Assembly: GCA_043228905.1 (NCBI GenBank)
Contig: JBHGNT010000007.1
Span: forward strand, 8,060,001 to 8,124,000
Source of the DNA: Azolla caroliniana
Lineage: Eukaryota > Plantae > Polypodiophyta
Direction of reading: 5' to 3'
DNA length: 64,000 bases
Shown here: positions 24,250-36,800 of the stretch, piece after piece
Layout: the number at the start of each line of letters is the position of its first letter
Position numbering within the stretch: position 1 is the stretch's first letter
Made by a program: the position numbers and the translations under genes
Notes under the pieces: generated by a model
Told to the model about the DNA's origin: nothing
Databases searched by the model: none
Seen by the model: the letters and a program-made list of their open reading frames with translations, nothing else

Positions 24250-24775
24250 AAACACGAATGCCTGTACGTCTTTAAGAGGAGGAGAGGTGCATGGGCATGC
24301 CCGAACGCTCCCTCGTCAGAAGACGTCGAATGTACGAGGAAGACACAAAACACACTCACAAATGCTCGTACGCCTTTATGCGGAGGAGAGGTGCATGGGC
24401 ACGCCCAAAATGCTCCCTCGTCATAAGACGGCCGAACGTACAAGGAAGACACAAACACACACACAAAATGCTCGCACGCCTTTATGAGGAGGAGAGGTGC
24501 ATGGTCAAGGCCGAAATGCTCCCTCGTCACGAGACGACCGAACGTACAAGGAAGACATAAACACACGCAGAAAATGCTCGTACACCTTTATGAGGAGGAG
24601 AGGTGCATGGGCAAGCCCGAAACGGTCCCTTGTTACAAGACGAACGAACGTACAAGGAAGTCACAAACACATGCACAAATGCTCGTACGTCTTTATGAGG
24701 AGGAGAGGTGCATGGGCACGCCCGAAACGCTCCCTCGTCACAAGACGGCCGAACGTACAAGGAAGACACGAACAA
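24250..24775. repeat. Five ~105-bp tandem repeats inside the G-C LTR
   Basis: ggagaggtgcatgg recurs at 24281, 24385, 24491, 24597 and 24702. Confidence 0.92.
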
Positions 24776-26869
24776 AGAAAGAAGGAAAGAAAGAAACATG
24801 AATGATATCGGCTAAAGAAATAAATACGTGTTCAATTCCAACGCAAGAGGACCCTTTATAAAATAGGGTTTGATTACAATGGCAACTTATAGTTAACCAC
24901 AAGCTCAATTAAAACATAAATACTAAATGCCCTTAGAGACAAGAGCAAATCCGAACACGGTGAAGATGAACACACGAGCACCACCAAAATGCCAATCCCA
25001 ACGAACCACGACCACCCAAACGGCGAGCACACGGGCTCGCAACGACGAACGGGGCGGAGCAACATCGAACCAAAGAAGCTTGGGCTTACGAGCACTTCGA
25101 GTGCCGACTCGAAGAAGACGAGCACGTGGCGGTGGGGGGATGAAGGGGTATGAGATGAAGAGAAGTGGTGAATAAGAAGATGAAGAGCTCCGAAGGAAAA
25201 ATGGCGATAGTCTCCTCCTCCCAAAACGTCCTCTCGAATGAGTCCCCCTCGACCTCCTTTTGTAGGGAAAAAGGAAGGGGGGTCGCCAATTTCGTCTTTA
25301 ATGCAAAAAGGAATAAAATTCCTTAAATCACGCTTAATTATAAGGCTAGATTTAAACCTTGCATCTTTAGCTAGAAGTCAATGTGACTATCCTCTATCCC
25401 ATTAACTCTCTCTTATATAATATATGATTCTATCTCTCTAAATTCTTAGCCTGTCTCCCCTCTACTTTTTATCTCTCCTCTCTCTTACTTTTTACACAGC
25501 CTTCTATGCATCCTTTCCACCCCTTTCTTTTCCCTTTTCTTTTTCATGTGTGCAATTAATTTGTGTGCACACACATTACACATGCACATTTTGAACCCCC
25601 CCTTTCGCCGGTTTTTCCCACTCTCGAGCACGCCACATCATGACATCCACCCCCACCAAACCGCACATCCTCCGGTATGTGCCAAGAATGGCGGGCTGAG
25701 GGTGTTCAATAGTTCATTTCCTCCTCCTCATTGATCCCGCAGCTTGTTGTTTGCTCAACGTTATCTTCGTCAAGGTCATCGAGGTTTGGATCCTTGTCGT
25801 GTCACTTTTTGAAGATTTTGACCTGCTTCCCTGATATTGGTACTACCAGCTTAGTCCCATCGAGTTCAACGAGGTGGTAGGTAGCATTATCGTTTGCACT
25901 TGTTACCACGTACGACCTGAACCATTGCTTTGCGAATTTCCGCATCAAGCTATGTTGATTGTCGAGACTACTTTTATATACAATCACCCAATCTCCTTCT
26001 TTGATCTTCTAAGGGCGTAGTCAGTGTGTCTTGTCGAACCGGGCTTTATTACTTAGCGTAGCCGCTTCTAACCTCTCCTTTGCCAACTCCAAGTCTTCAG
26101 GTCTTCTCTCAAGTTGCCTTATCCTTGTTGCTAGAAGCTCTTCTCGACTCATCTCGTTTTCCCATGGCATCGCTACCCATGAAGCGATCGTGTCTTCAAT
26201 GGGCATCACCGGCTTTTGTCCGTACATGAGTTCAGCTGGCATGAAACCTGTAACTGAGCTATGAGTTATTCTGTCGGCCCACAAGGCATAAGGTAGTAAC
26301 CAAGGCCAATTCCTGACTCACCCATCCCAAGCTCTTACAATGACTTTTACGATAGGCCCGTGTCCGCGTTCTATCTTCCATTAGCCTCCGGGTTATAAGT
26401 AGTCGTGAGAGAAAGCTTCACTCCAAGTCGGTCAAAGAGCTCTGTAGCTTCGTGAGCATTCAACTCTCCTTTGTCGGCCACTATCTTCCCCACACATCCG
26501 TACCGGCAGATGACATCCTCAAGTAAGAATTTACACACCTCCGTCGTCGTTTTGTTTGCTAAGGCTTGCCCTTCTACTTGGTTTGTTAGGTCTTCTCTTG
26601 CTAGCACCAAATATTTCCTTTGGCCCACTCCCATTGGCATCGAAACCAAATCCACCATCCATTTGAAGTGTATGGTGAGTGGGTAGGTCGGGTGCAACTC
26701 ATCCCTATGGCGTATGTTGGAGTGTATTTGGCAGCTTTCACACGTCCCCACGAAATAGGTGACATCCTTGTACATTCCCGACCACCAATACGTCTCCTTT
26801 AACTTCTCAAATGTTGCCCACGTTCCTCTATGGCCCGCCCAAGGACTCTTGTGGAACTAAGACACCAAT

Positions 26870-27291
26870 TGTTGAGAGACAAGCTCAACATTCGGTGCGA
26901 AGTACGCAGCGTAACCCAATGCATAGACTGGGTGCGTGAAAAAGTACACACAAGAGGGCCGCATCGGTGTGAAAACCAAAAAGGCCGTTAGAGCGTTATT
27001 CCTCGTAAGGAATAATTTTGGGAGTGAGTGTCGCGGCTCATTTATGAGCGTCAAGTACTGTCAGTACTTGTGTCAGCCCGATTGTTAGGGCTTGTATATA
27101 AGGTGCTCACTGAGCACGAGGTATGTACACAGAACAAAGCGTCATTATTTTGAATCTGAGTTTTTTGTTGTTTGCTCTCTCTCTCTCCATCTCCATCTTT
27201 GTGTTTTCTGTGTTTTACTGAATTGTCTTATTCCTCCGAACCGTGTACTCTGCATTTACGCACACGCTTCCGCACAACATATTCTTTTACA
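26870..27291 (+). mobile_element. Copia solo LTR with 5-bp TSD
   Basis: TGTTGAGAGACAAGCTCAACA...TTTTACA flanked by CCAAT (26865-69 and 27292-96). The start is identical to the C5 LTR start. Confidence 0.92.
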
Positions 27292-28945
27292 CCAATGTTG
27301 TCTGGTCTTCTTCCTTTATGACCACTCATTGTGGCGTCCCTGTCCTTCTCTTCGGGTGCCTCTAGAGGAATCCCCCTCGTAGGAAGTACTTGTACACTTT
27401 CTTTCAGACTCTCTGTGCTTCCTGCTTCGACCATGAACTATCCACCATCATTGAGCTTAATAACTTGCCAATGTGTAGCCACTCCCCTTCGTATTCACTT
27501 TCATTGAAGGCATGGAGTACTCACACATCTTGATCATCTATAGACGCTTGGGCCGTCTTAAAGAAGTCAAGAGCGACATCCTCATCTTCAAACACCATGT
27601 CGCTTTCGCCCTCGAAACTTGCCCTCGATAGCATATCTACCATGGCATTGTTCTTCCCTGAAATGTGGTGAATCTCTAGGTTCATTGATTTGATGTAAAC
27701 AATCCACCTTAGCATAGCTAGGTCAAGTGTTGCATATCCCGAAACCATCCCTAGGATTGGAAGGAAATCCGTCTCTATTACCACCTCTAACTTGATTAGG
27801 TAATCTTTATCCACCTTTATTGCGGACACAATACCCCAAAGCTCACGTTTTACTTGGGTGTATCCTCCTTGTCGCTCGCTTAAGACCTTGGCTCCGAACC
27901 AGATGGCATAGCGTGTACCATCCTCTCCTTCTTGGTTTATGACCCATCCGATCCCAGTGGGACTCGTATCTACCGTCATGTAGATGGGCACCCCTTCCTT
28001 GTATATGGCTTTTCGTAAGGCTAGTGCTGCTACCAACATTCCTTTGAGCCTCTTCATTGCCTCTATGTGCTCTTTCTCCCACTTGAACTTCCACCCCTTC
28101 TTGAGTAGCCCATACAAGGGCTCGGCTAGGTGAGCATAGTGTAGGATCTAGATGTGGTAGAATGCATAGGCACCAGGAAATCGCCTCACCTCTGTTTGCG
28201 ATTTACATTCTTCCCTCATGTCTGTGATGGCGTCCACCCTTGCCGGGGACGGCTTCCATCCGTATGCCCCGCACAAGTGTCCCACCACAAGGATCTCCGG
28301 TTGGCCAAATGCCGATTTCTCACCGGAGAAGGTCAAGCGTGCATCTTCGAGTCTTTGTAGAACCTTCTCGCAATCGGAGATGTGATATGCCACAAAACGT
28401 CTGCACCCATCCTCGTCCAAGGTTTCATCTTTCTCCACTTCAGAGCACCCTTTTATGGGGATGTCATTGAGGAACGACATGGAGATGTCGGGGATGCAAT
28501 TTCTTAGTACCTTGTTCATTGCATTTACCATGTGGACTACAGAGTTAGTGCCTCCTTGTGGGAAGGTACACATTCGCACTAGGCCGATAGGGGTCCGCAT
28601 CGTCATGATGTCCCTACTCTCCACAGCTAGTTGGAATTGATCATACCCCGAGTACAGATCATCGGTAGAATAAATAGACCTTCCAGCGAAGGCCTCGGCG
28701 AATTCGTCAATGCTCGGTCCGGCCCCTGCATTTCGAATTGTCACTTGATTAACAGGTTGTAGGTCCTGGATGAAGCATAAGGTGACGTTCTTCTTTGGCA
28801 CAGTGAACCACCGATTCAAGTATGGGGCGCTTGATGCCTCCAGGATACCCATCTCGATCTTTTCCTTGAGTAGCTCAATCAACTTCGGGATGTGAGCTCT
28901 TGGAACCGGGATTGGCTTGATGTTCCATGGTACATACGGCACCGT

Positions 28946-29840
28946 TGTCGTGAAGAAAACCGTCCCTAGGCGGAAACCGAGTTTAGGATGTGTAAACCGG
29001 CCCTTACACGCGAGCACACTTTTCGTTGTATAGTAAGTAGGTAGGTACAAGTCGGCTGAGGTGAAATCCTAGGTAGCACACATTCGATAGGGAGAGAATC
29101 GAGGTGTATCTTTGTCTGAAAGGACAGAGAATTAATGTGACGGATGATAACGGCCTCCCTCCTTGGGCTATAAAAGAGAGGGAGAGGAATGGAAAGGGTA
29201 TCGCGCGTTAGAGAGGACGAAGTGCTGCTGGACTGGGACCGAGCCCTTCTCCTGTGCCACTCTCCATAGCCATTTTGCACAGGTTTTCGGGGGGCTGACT
29301 TGCTTCGTGGAACGCCCGTGTGCTTCCGGCAGAGTCTCCATCTCGCTCTTCTGTGTGGGAGTGAACAAGCGTCGGTGTTCGCCTTGCCGGCCTGTTGGTT
29401 GTAACCGTCTTGATATATATATATATATATTTATATACATACGTGTTCATATACTCGGACTTCTAGTCATCTCGTTTTGATGTGTTGTTGGATTGTGATT
29501 CGTGTGTGCTCCCGTGTCTATGCATGTGCAACTGCGTCTGTTGCCTTTTCGTTCTCCTCCTTCTCAGCTATTTCTCGGTCCAAGACCCCGGTGGTCCCGC
29601 CTCGTTCTCCACGCACGCGTGTAACAACGCGACATATTTGGTGAACCCGATGTGAACAGGCGGTAGAGGAATAGAAAGATGAGGGGGTCGGATCTCGCGG
29701 AAGCCATGGCTTCGGCTGTGGATCGGATAGTGAGTACGCGCGAAGGCGCAGGTGCCCTCGATAGGGCTATTGAAGCGGTCGTCGGCGCGATAGGCCAGTT
29801 CGGTGGGAAGGACGCCGCGAGCTATTTGGAGGCCTACCGG
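28946..29840 (+). mobile_element. Trp-lineage gypsy G-D, 5' LTR (28946-29634), PBS and gag start
   Basis: TGTCG...CGACA. PBS TGGTGAACCCGATGTGAA 29639-29656. Gag IGQFGGKDAASYLEAYR (cf. IGQFNGKDVLRYLRDY in G-B) is cut at 29840 by G-A. Confidence 0.9.
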
Positions 29841-29976
29841 TGTCGGGGTAGTTGTGGTTCGTGCGGCGAAGTCGCGGGGACTAAGGTTAAGCGGAGTTGA
29901 AGAAACTTAACTTTTAATAAGGCTTGTATGGTGATGATAGAATGGTTAAGGATAGTAAGAAGAAGAGTTACGAGTA

Positions 29977-30018
<42 letters not shown>

Positions 30019-30213
30019 AGAGCATAGATAAAAGATAGAGACAATGTATGATTCAAGAAAGAAGATTGCGACAAAGTATGATTCTAGAATAAGATTGAGA
30101 CAAAGTATGATTCAAGAAGCAAGAGTATATGATATAAACATGATGTATATTAAAAAGACAATATTTTACCAACTTTACAATCCTTGATCGCAAACTGAAC
30201 ACATTCTCTATCG

Positions 30214-30277
30214 ACCCTTGATTTGAACCCACGACATCAACTTCGAAACGAGAGGTTCTCCACCCAATGAGCTAGTC
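30214..30277 (-). promoter_or_regulatory. tRNA-like A/B-box module in the G-A LTR (second copy at ~42180-42243)
   Basis: TAGCTCATTGG ...34 nt... GGTTCAAATC, which is tRNA spacing. Confidence 0.6.
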
Positions 30278-30500
30278 TTCTTTACTTGATTGTATTATTT
30301 TCTCACTCTCTCTTGATTCCTTCCTTTTTGTTTTCCTTTCCCCTCTTTTTATAAGTATTTCCATGCATATGGTAATGTCATGCATGTAATGCATGATCGC
30401 CATTTGGCGCACATGCATTGCATGTGATGAATGATGGCTATGTATGAAAATAGATATGAGATAATTATAATGATGAAAATGCATTTTAAAATAACTAACC

Positions 30501-30695
30501 TAGCTTAGTGGTGTATGCTTGGTGCTTGGTATACAAGGTTGAGGGTTCAAGTCCCTCAATTTTACTTAATACAATATATAGCTTCATTCTTATATCATGA
30601 AGCACATTTATTACATACTTTTAGAAATAAATAGCCTAGCTTAGTGGTATGTACATTGTACATCGTATATAAGGATGTGGGTTCAAGTCTCTCAA
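30501..30695 (+). promoter_or_regulatory. Two tandem tRNA-like A/B-box modules in the G-A LTR U3
   Basis: TAGCTTAGTGG (30501, 30637) followed ~32 nt later by GGTTCAAGTC(C). The first has a perfect T-arm GAGGG-TTCAAGT-CCCTC. No acceptor stem. Confidence 0.7.
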
Positions 30696-33600
30696 ATATT
30701 ATTAAATACAACATTTAAGCTCATTTTTATATCGTGAAGCACATTCTTCACGACACCCACCCCCTCTGAACTTGCACATTGGTTGTGTAGAGTTCGTCCA
30801 ACACTTCTTCCAATTCCTTTAGTTCTTCTACTTCTTCATAAAATTCAGGCTCTAATGACTCCCTCCTTTTAAATATTTTAATCCTTTTTCCTGCAATTGG
30901 GATACGAATTTCTGTCCCATCTAATTCATTGAGGAAATATGTGGCTTTATCTGTTATTTTCCTAACTTCATAAGGTCCAAACCATCTTTTTGCAAACTTC
31001 CGAATAGTACTGTATTGATTATCTAGGCTATTATCATATACTAATACCCAATCTCCCTCTTGCACCTTTCTTGGTCGTATTCTTTTCATCTTGTCAAATC
31101 TATCCTTATTCTTGATTCTTGCCTCTTTCAATCTAGTAGCTGCTTTTTCTATGTCTTCTATCCTTGATTGAAGTTGTCGTATTCGAACCGCAAGTAAATC
31201 TTCCCTACTCATTTCCGATTCCCAAGGCAACACAGCCCATGTAGTTATCTTTTCTTCAATTGGCATTATTGGCTTCTGTCCTGTGATTAATTCTGCAGGC
31301 ATATATCCAGTAACAGTGCTGTGAGTTGTCCTATCAGCCCATAGTGCATAGGGTAAGGTTTTTGGCCAATCACTAACCCGTCCTCTACATGCCTTTGCCA
31401 AAGCTTTGACTATTGGCCCATGTCCCCTTTCTACCTTTCCATTAGTTTCTGGATTGTACGTCGTTGTCAAAGAAAGCCGAATTCCTATTTTGTCGAAAAA
31501 ATCTTGAGCTTCCACAGAATTGAGTTGTCCCCTATCTGCCACTATCTTCCCGATACATCCATATCTACAAACAATGTCCTCCAAGATGAATTGACATACT
31601 CCTAATGTCCCTTTTGTTCTCAATGAACGACCTTCCACTTGATTTGTTAGATCTTCTCTAGCAAGAACCAAGTATCTCTTTTGTCCTACTCAAAGTGGCA
31701 TTGTTACCAAATCTATCATCCACTTGTAATGCACCCCCGGTGAGTATGTTGGGTGTAATTCATCACAAAATTTTACATTTGAATAATATTGACAAGTGGG
31801 ACAAGTTTCCACATACTTTTTTATTTGCTCATAGTATCGAGGCCACCAAAATCGTTCTTTAATCTTACTGAAAGTGGCCCACACTCCTCGATGACCAACC
31901 CATTCTTTGTCATGCAGCTCTTTGATTATCTCCTTTCATTGCCCTTCAGAACCTATTACTCTTTGCGGGTTTCCAGTCTTGGTTTTCGGATGTCGCCATA
32001 GATATCCTTCATGCAGGAAGAACTTATGGGCTTTCTTGCGAAACTGGGCGAACTCTTTTCCAGATCGACCTTTGTACTTGTCAGGGGTTTGTAGGTATTT
32101 CCCTATTTTCTTGAATTCTTCTTCATACTCCTCTTCTAGAAACTGCATTCCTCCTTCCCGAGTAATGCTTGTGGTAAGGACTGTTTGTTCTTTGTCCTCA
32201 TCGTCCGAGTCGGGAATCTCCTCTTCCTCATACCTTGCTCTTGATAACATATCTGCTACTGCATTTCTATTCCCAGAGATATGTCGAACTTCAGGGTTGA
32301 TTGATCTAATATAGATACACCATCTTAACATGGCTTGATCTGGAATATCACAATTAGCTATGATACCCAGAATAGGCAAACAATCTGTTTCTATTATTAC
32401 TTCAGCACCAATTAAGTAATCTCTGTCTGTCTTTACAGTTGTTACTATCCCCCATAGCTCTCTTTTCACCTGTGCATATTTTCTTTGTCGACCACTAAGA
32501 ACCTTTGCCCCGATTCGGACTGGATACCTTTCTTCCCTATCTTGTTGGCTTATCACCCATCCAATTCCAATGGGACTAGAGTCTACTGTGAGATATATGG
32601 GTCGGATGTAGTCTGGTTGCTTTAATGGTGGAGCTTGTGCCAAGTAGTACTTCAATTTCTTCATTGCCTCTGAATGCTCTTCACTCCATTCAAATGTCTC
32701 TCCTTTTCTTAGGAGTCTATATAAAGGTTCAGATAAATGGGCATAATGCGGAATCCATTTACAGTAAAAAACACATACCCCCAGAAACCTTCGTACTTCT
32801 GAGATGGATGTACATTCCTCTTGCATATTTTGAATTGCATTGACCTTGGTTGGGGATGGCTTTCTCCCATACGGGCCACACATATGACCAACTATTAATA
32901 TCTCTTTTGCCCCAAATATTGACTTCGCCCCTGATAAGGTCAAATGCACTTCTTCCATCCTTGATAGCACCTTCTCACAATCCTTGATATGATCAGCAAC
33001 GAATTGACGGCAACCACTTTCGTCCAATTCCTCATTCTTCTCTTCCTCCTTGCATCCCTTAATTGGAACATCATCTAGAAAAGGCATTGTAATATGAGGA
33101 ATAAAATCACGAAGTACCTTGTTCATTCCATTCATCATATGCGCCACTGAGTTGGTCGCTCCTTGCGGCAAGGTGCACATCCGTACTAACCCTATAGGTG
33201 TCTTGATAGAAGTTATATCTCGACTTTTGATAGCAAGTTGAAATTGATCATACCCGAAATAAAGGTCTCCCATTGAATATATAGCTCTTCCTGCAAACAT
33301 CTCAGCAAACTCATCCACAATTGGCCCTACTCCCGAGTTTCGGATTGTTACCTTATTCACGAGTTGCATATCTTGGATAAATCAGAGTCGCCCATCTTTC
33401 TTTAACATAGTGAACCATCGACTCGAGTAAGGAGCGTTCGATGGTTCCAAGATACCCATCCTTATCTTTTCTTTCAAAAGTTCTAATAGTTGAGGGATTC
33501 TAGCCCTAGGCATGGGTATTGGCTTAAAGTTCCATGGAATATGAGGGATAGTGAATATAACCATGGGCTCCACAATTTCTGGATCCACACACCCTATTTC

Positions 33601-33890
33601 CTCCGGTTGGAATGCGAACGCCTTTCCATGCCTTTTTAACATCTCCCTGAACTGCTTTTCTTCAGCGGGTAATAGGAAGTCACCCCCTCCTATTTTCATC
33701 CCTTGTATTGTTTCCGGAGTAAACACATGTCCTACCTTTCGTGGGTCTCTGATCATTGGCTCTGTGGCTGCTTCTTTGCTTGCCTTTTCACTATCCCCTG
33801 GAAGTGGAGCAGCAATAGGACGAACCTTCTTCTCCACTGTCTTGTACTTTGTTAGTACATGTGCTTCATGATCCTTTCGAGCAACTTCTT

Positions 33891-36800
33891 TGTTGAGAAG
33901 CAAGCTCAACATGGTATGCGATGCTTATGAGAAATAAGCTATAGTAGCTATTTAGCTACTAGTGAACAAAAAGGTAAAACAGCTATTTAGCTAGTGACAG
34001 CTAATTAGCTAGTGAACAGCTATTTAGCGACTGACAGCTAATTAGCTACTGGCAGCTAATTAGCTACATGTGTAATAACTTATGACTCAGGTAAAAGTAA
34101 GTGAGAGTGAATAGGAAGTAAGTAGTAAGAAGACATACAGTGAGTAGAGAACTCTGAGAGAGAGTGAGAGACCAGAAGACTGACGAGAGCAAGTTGAGCT
34201 CTACATGTAATAGAAGAAAACCATTTTGCTACTACAGAGGTAAGTCCCCTTTCCTTTCTCTGTCTGTTTAGAGCACGCTAACGATCCAGCACACTACGAT
34301 CCGTCGCGCATACAAAAGAAGAGCCTGAGTGCCTTCTTCACGTTTTCTTAACATGGTATCAGAGCAGAGTTGCTCATAAAGAAGAGTACAAAAGTGCATA
34401 GATTTGAGAAAGGTATTTCTCTGTTTGCTGATCTGAATCAGAAAGTTACTTGTTGAAGTAATCGTAGCAGAAACCCTTGTTTGGAAGGGAAAAAAAAAAT
34501 GGCTGCAGAGAATGTAGGCCAAATGGTCACAGAGAAATTAGATAAAAACAATTTCCCGGCGTGGAAATTCAGAATGACAAACTTTCTAATGGGGAAAGGA
34601 TACTGGAATTACATTGAAGGAGACCTAGAAGAGGCTCCAGAGATCCCAGAAGAGAATGCAACAGCTGCACATATTAAGGCATTTAAAGATTGGAATCAAG
34701 GGGCAAGGAAAGTAATGCATTGGCTATCACTCAACATCTCAGATTCAATGCTTGGGCATATACAAGATGCTATGCTCCCAAAAGAAGCTTGGGACAACTT
34801 GGTAAAACTGTTTGCTATGAACACAAAGGCTAGAAAGCTCCAGTTAAAGACTGAGCTAAATACCTTGGAGAAAGGTAAGATGTCAATAAATGAATATGCC
34901 CTAAAAATCAAGAGTATATGTGAATCACTTGCTTCTATCAATGTGAAGATAGAAGATGATGACAAAGTGGAAATATGCTTAAGAGGCTTAGGACCTCAAT
35001 ACAAGAGTTTTAAAACTTCTATGCTCACAAGGGATAGTATCCCAAGTTTTTCAGATCTGGTCTCAATGCTTGTGGTAGAGGAAAGGAATCAGACGGATGA
35101 TGCAAATAAAGGAAACTCAGAGAACGAGGGGCAAGCCCTCTATAATAATGCCGGAAGAGGCCGAGGAAGAGGCCATGGAAGATTTGGCTCAGGAAGAACC
35201 AATAATAATGGCTTTCAAGGAAGAGGACAACAAGCTCATAGAGGAGGAAACAACAACAGAGGCAGGGGGAGCAACCGAGGTAGAGGTAAGCAAACTTATG
35301 TAAATGATGATGGTTGCTGGTATTGTGGTAAACCAGGCCATACACAGGCTGAATGTTACAAGAAACAAAATGATGAGAAAAGAGGAAAAGGACAACAGAG
35401 TAACTATGCCTCTACTAGTGAAGATTGTGAAAAGGAAGGTGTTTTTGTAGTGCAACATGAGATAGCAGCAGTGGCTGAAAGCTCACAGAAATGTAATGAA
35501 GAGTTTACGTGGTATGTAGACTCGGGGGCATCTAACCATATGACTGGACATGCAAATTGGTTTGAGAGTTTAAGAGAACCAGAGGTTCCTGGTTATGTAC
35601 AAACAGGTGATGACACAACTCACCAAATAAAACATGTTGGAGATATCCCATTGTGGGAAGAAAGAGGAAAAACCAAGTATATGTTGAATGTGATGCATGT
35701 TCCAAACCTTGCTAAGAATCTGATTTCTGTTGGACAGATTGTAGAGCAAGGTATGCAAGTGAAGTTTAAGCAAAGTGGATGCTATATAGAAAAGAATGGG
35801 AAGCTCATTGCAAAAGGGAAGAGACAAGGAAGAATGTTTATCTTGGATGTAGAAATGCCCAAACAGATTTCAGCCATGTTTGCAAATGGAACGAGTGTAA
35901 TCTCAGATGTGGAAATGTGGCATAAAAGGATTGGCCATATAAGTATGCAAACATTAAAGAATATGTTGAGAAAAGATGCAGTGGCTGGACTGCCAAACTT
36001 GAAAAAGTGTGAAATGGGAAAAGTATGTGAAGCATGTCAATATGGTAAGCAAAACAGGTTGCCATTCCCTCATGAGAGACATGTAAGCAAAAATCTGTTG
36101 GATTTGGTACATACAGATGTATGGGGACCAACAAAGGATGCATCTATTGGTGGATGCAGATTTTATGTTACATTTATTGATGATTGTTCACGGAAGACAT
36201 GGGTGTACTTCATGAAGGAGAAAAGTGAAGTATTTGACTGTTTTCGTAAGTTTAAATGCATGGTAGAAAAGCAGGCTGGTACAAGGATAAAATGTTTGAG
36301 ATCTGATGGAGGAGGAGAGTATTTCTCCAATGAATTTTCTGATTTTTTTGTGTAATCAGGGAATAAGAAGACAGTTCACATGCCGATATACTCCACAGCA
36401 AAATGGAGTTGCTGAGAGGAAAAACAGAACTTTGGTGAACATAGCAAGGGCAATGATGACTGAGAAGAACATGCCATTATACTATTGGGCAGAAGCTGTA
36501 AATACAGCAAATTACATTTTAAATAGATGTATTACATCAGGAGTACATGAGGCAACTCCTGAAGAGTGTTTTTATGGCAGGAAGCCTAGCTTACAACACT
36601 TGAAAGTGTTTGGATGCCTTGCATATGTACATGTGCCTGCAGAAGTAAGAAGTAAGTTGGATCCAAAAGCAGAAAAATGTATCTTTGTTGGATATTCAGA
36701 AGAACAAAAAGGGTACAGATGTTATAACCCTGTGACTAAAAAGATTGTGACAAGTCAAGATGTGATATTTGATGAGTTGGCTAGTTGGTACAGCCCAAAA

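Larger units (their letters stand above)
23972..28945 (-). mobile_element. Trp-lineage gypsy G-C, 3' part (RT-RH-IN remnants, PPT, 1.67-kb 3' LTR 23972-25645)
   Basis: PWNIKPIPVPRAH, FPQGGTNSV, VDTSPTGIGW, WMVDLV, YNPEANG, WADRITHS. PPT at 25646-25657. LTR edge TGTCG at 23972 preceded by ACGT. Confidence 0.9.

Noticed and set aside
24250-24775. Regularly spaced repeats as a CRISPR-like array
   Set aside because: Whole ~105-bp units are repeated with no unique spacers, they lie inside an LTR in eukaryotic DNA, and there are no cas genes.
30501-30695. Functional tRNA genes
   Set aside because: No 7-bp acceptor stem or well-formed anticodon arm. Only the A/B boxes and T-arm are retained.
36335-36356. 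Programmed frameshift in C3
   Set aside because: It falls mid-integrase, where related copia elements are in one frame. An indel or sequencing error is more likely.
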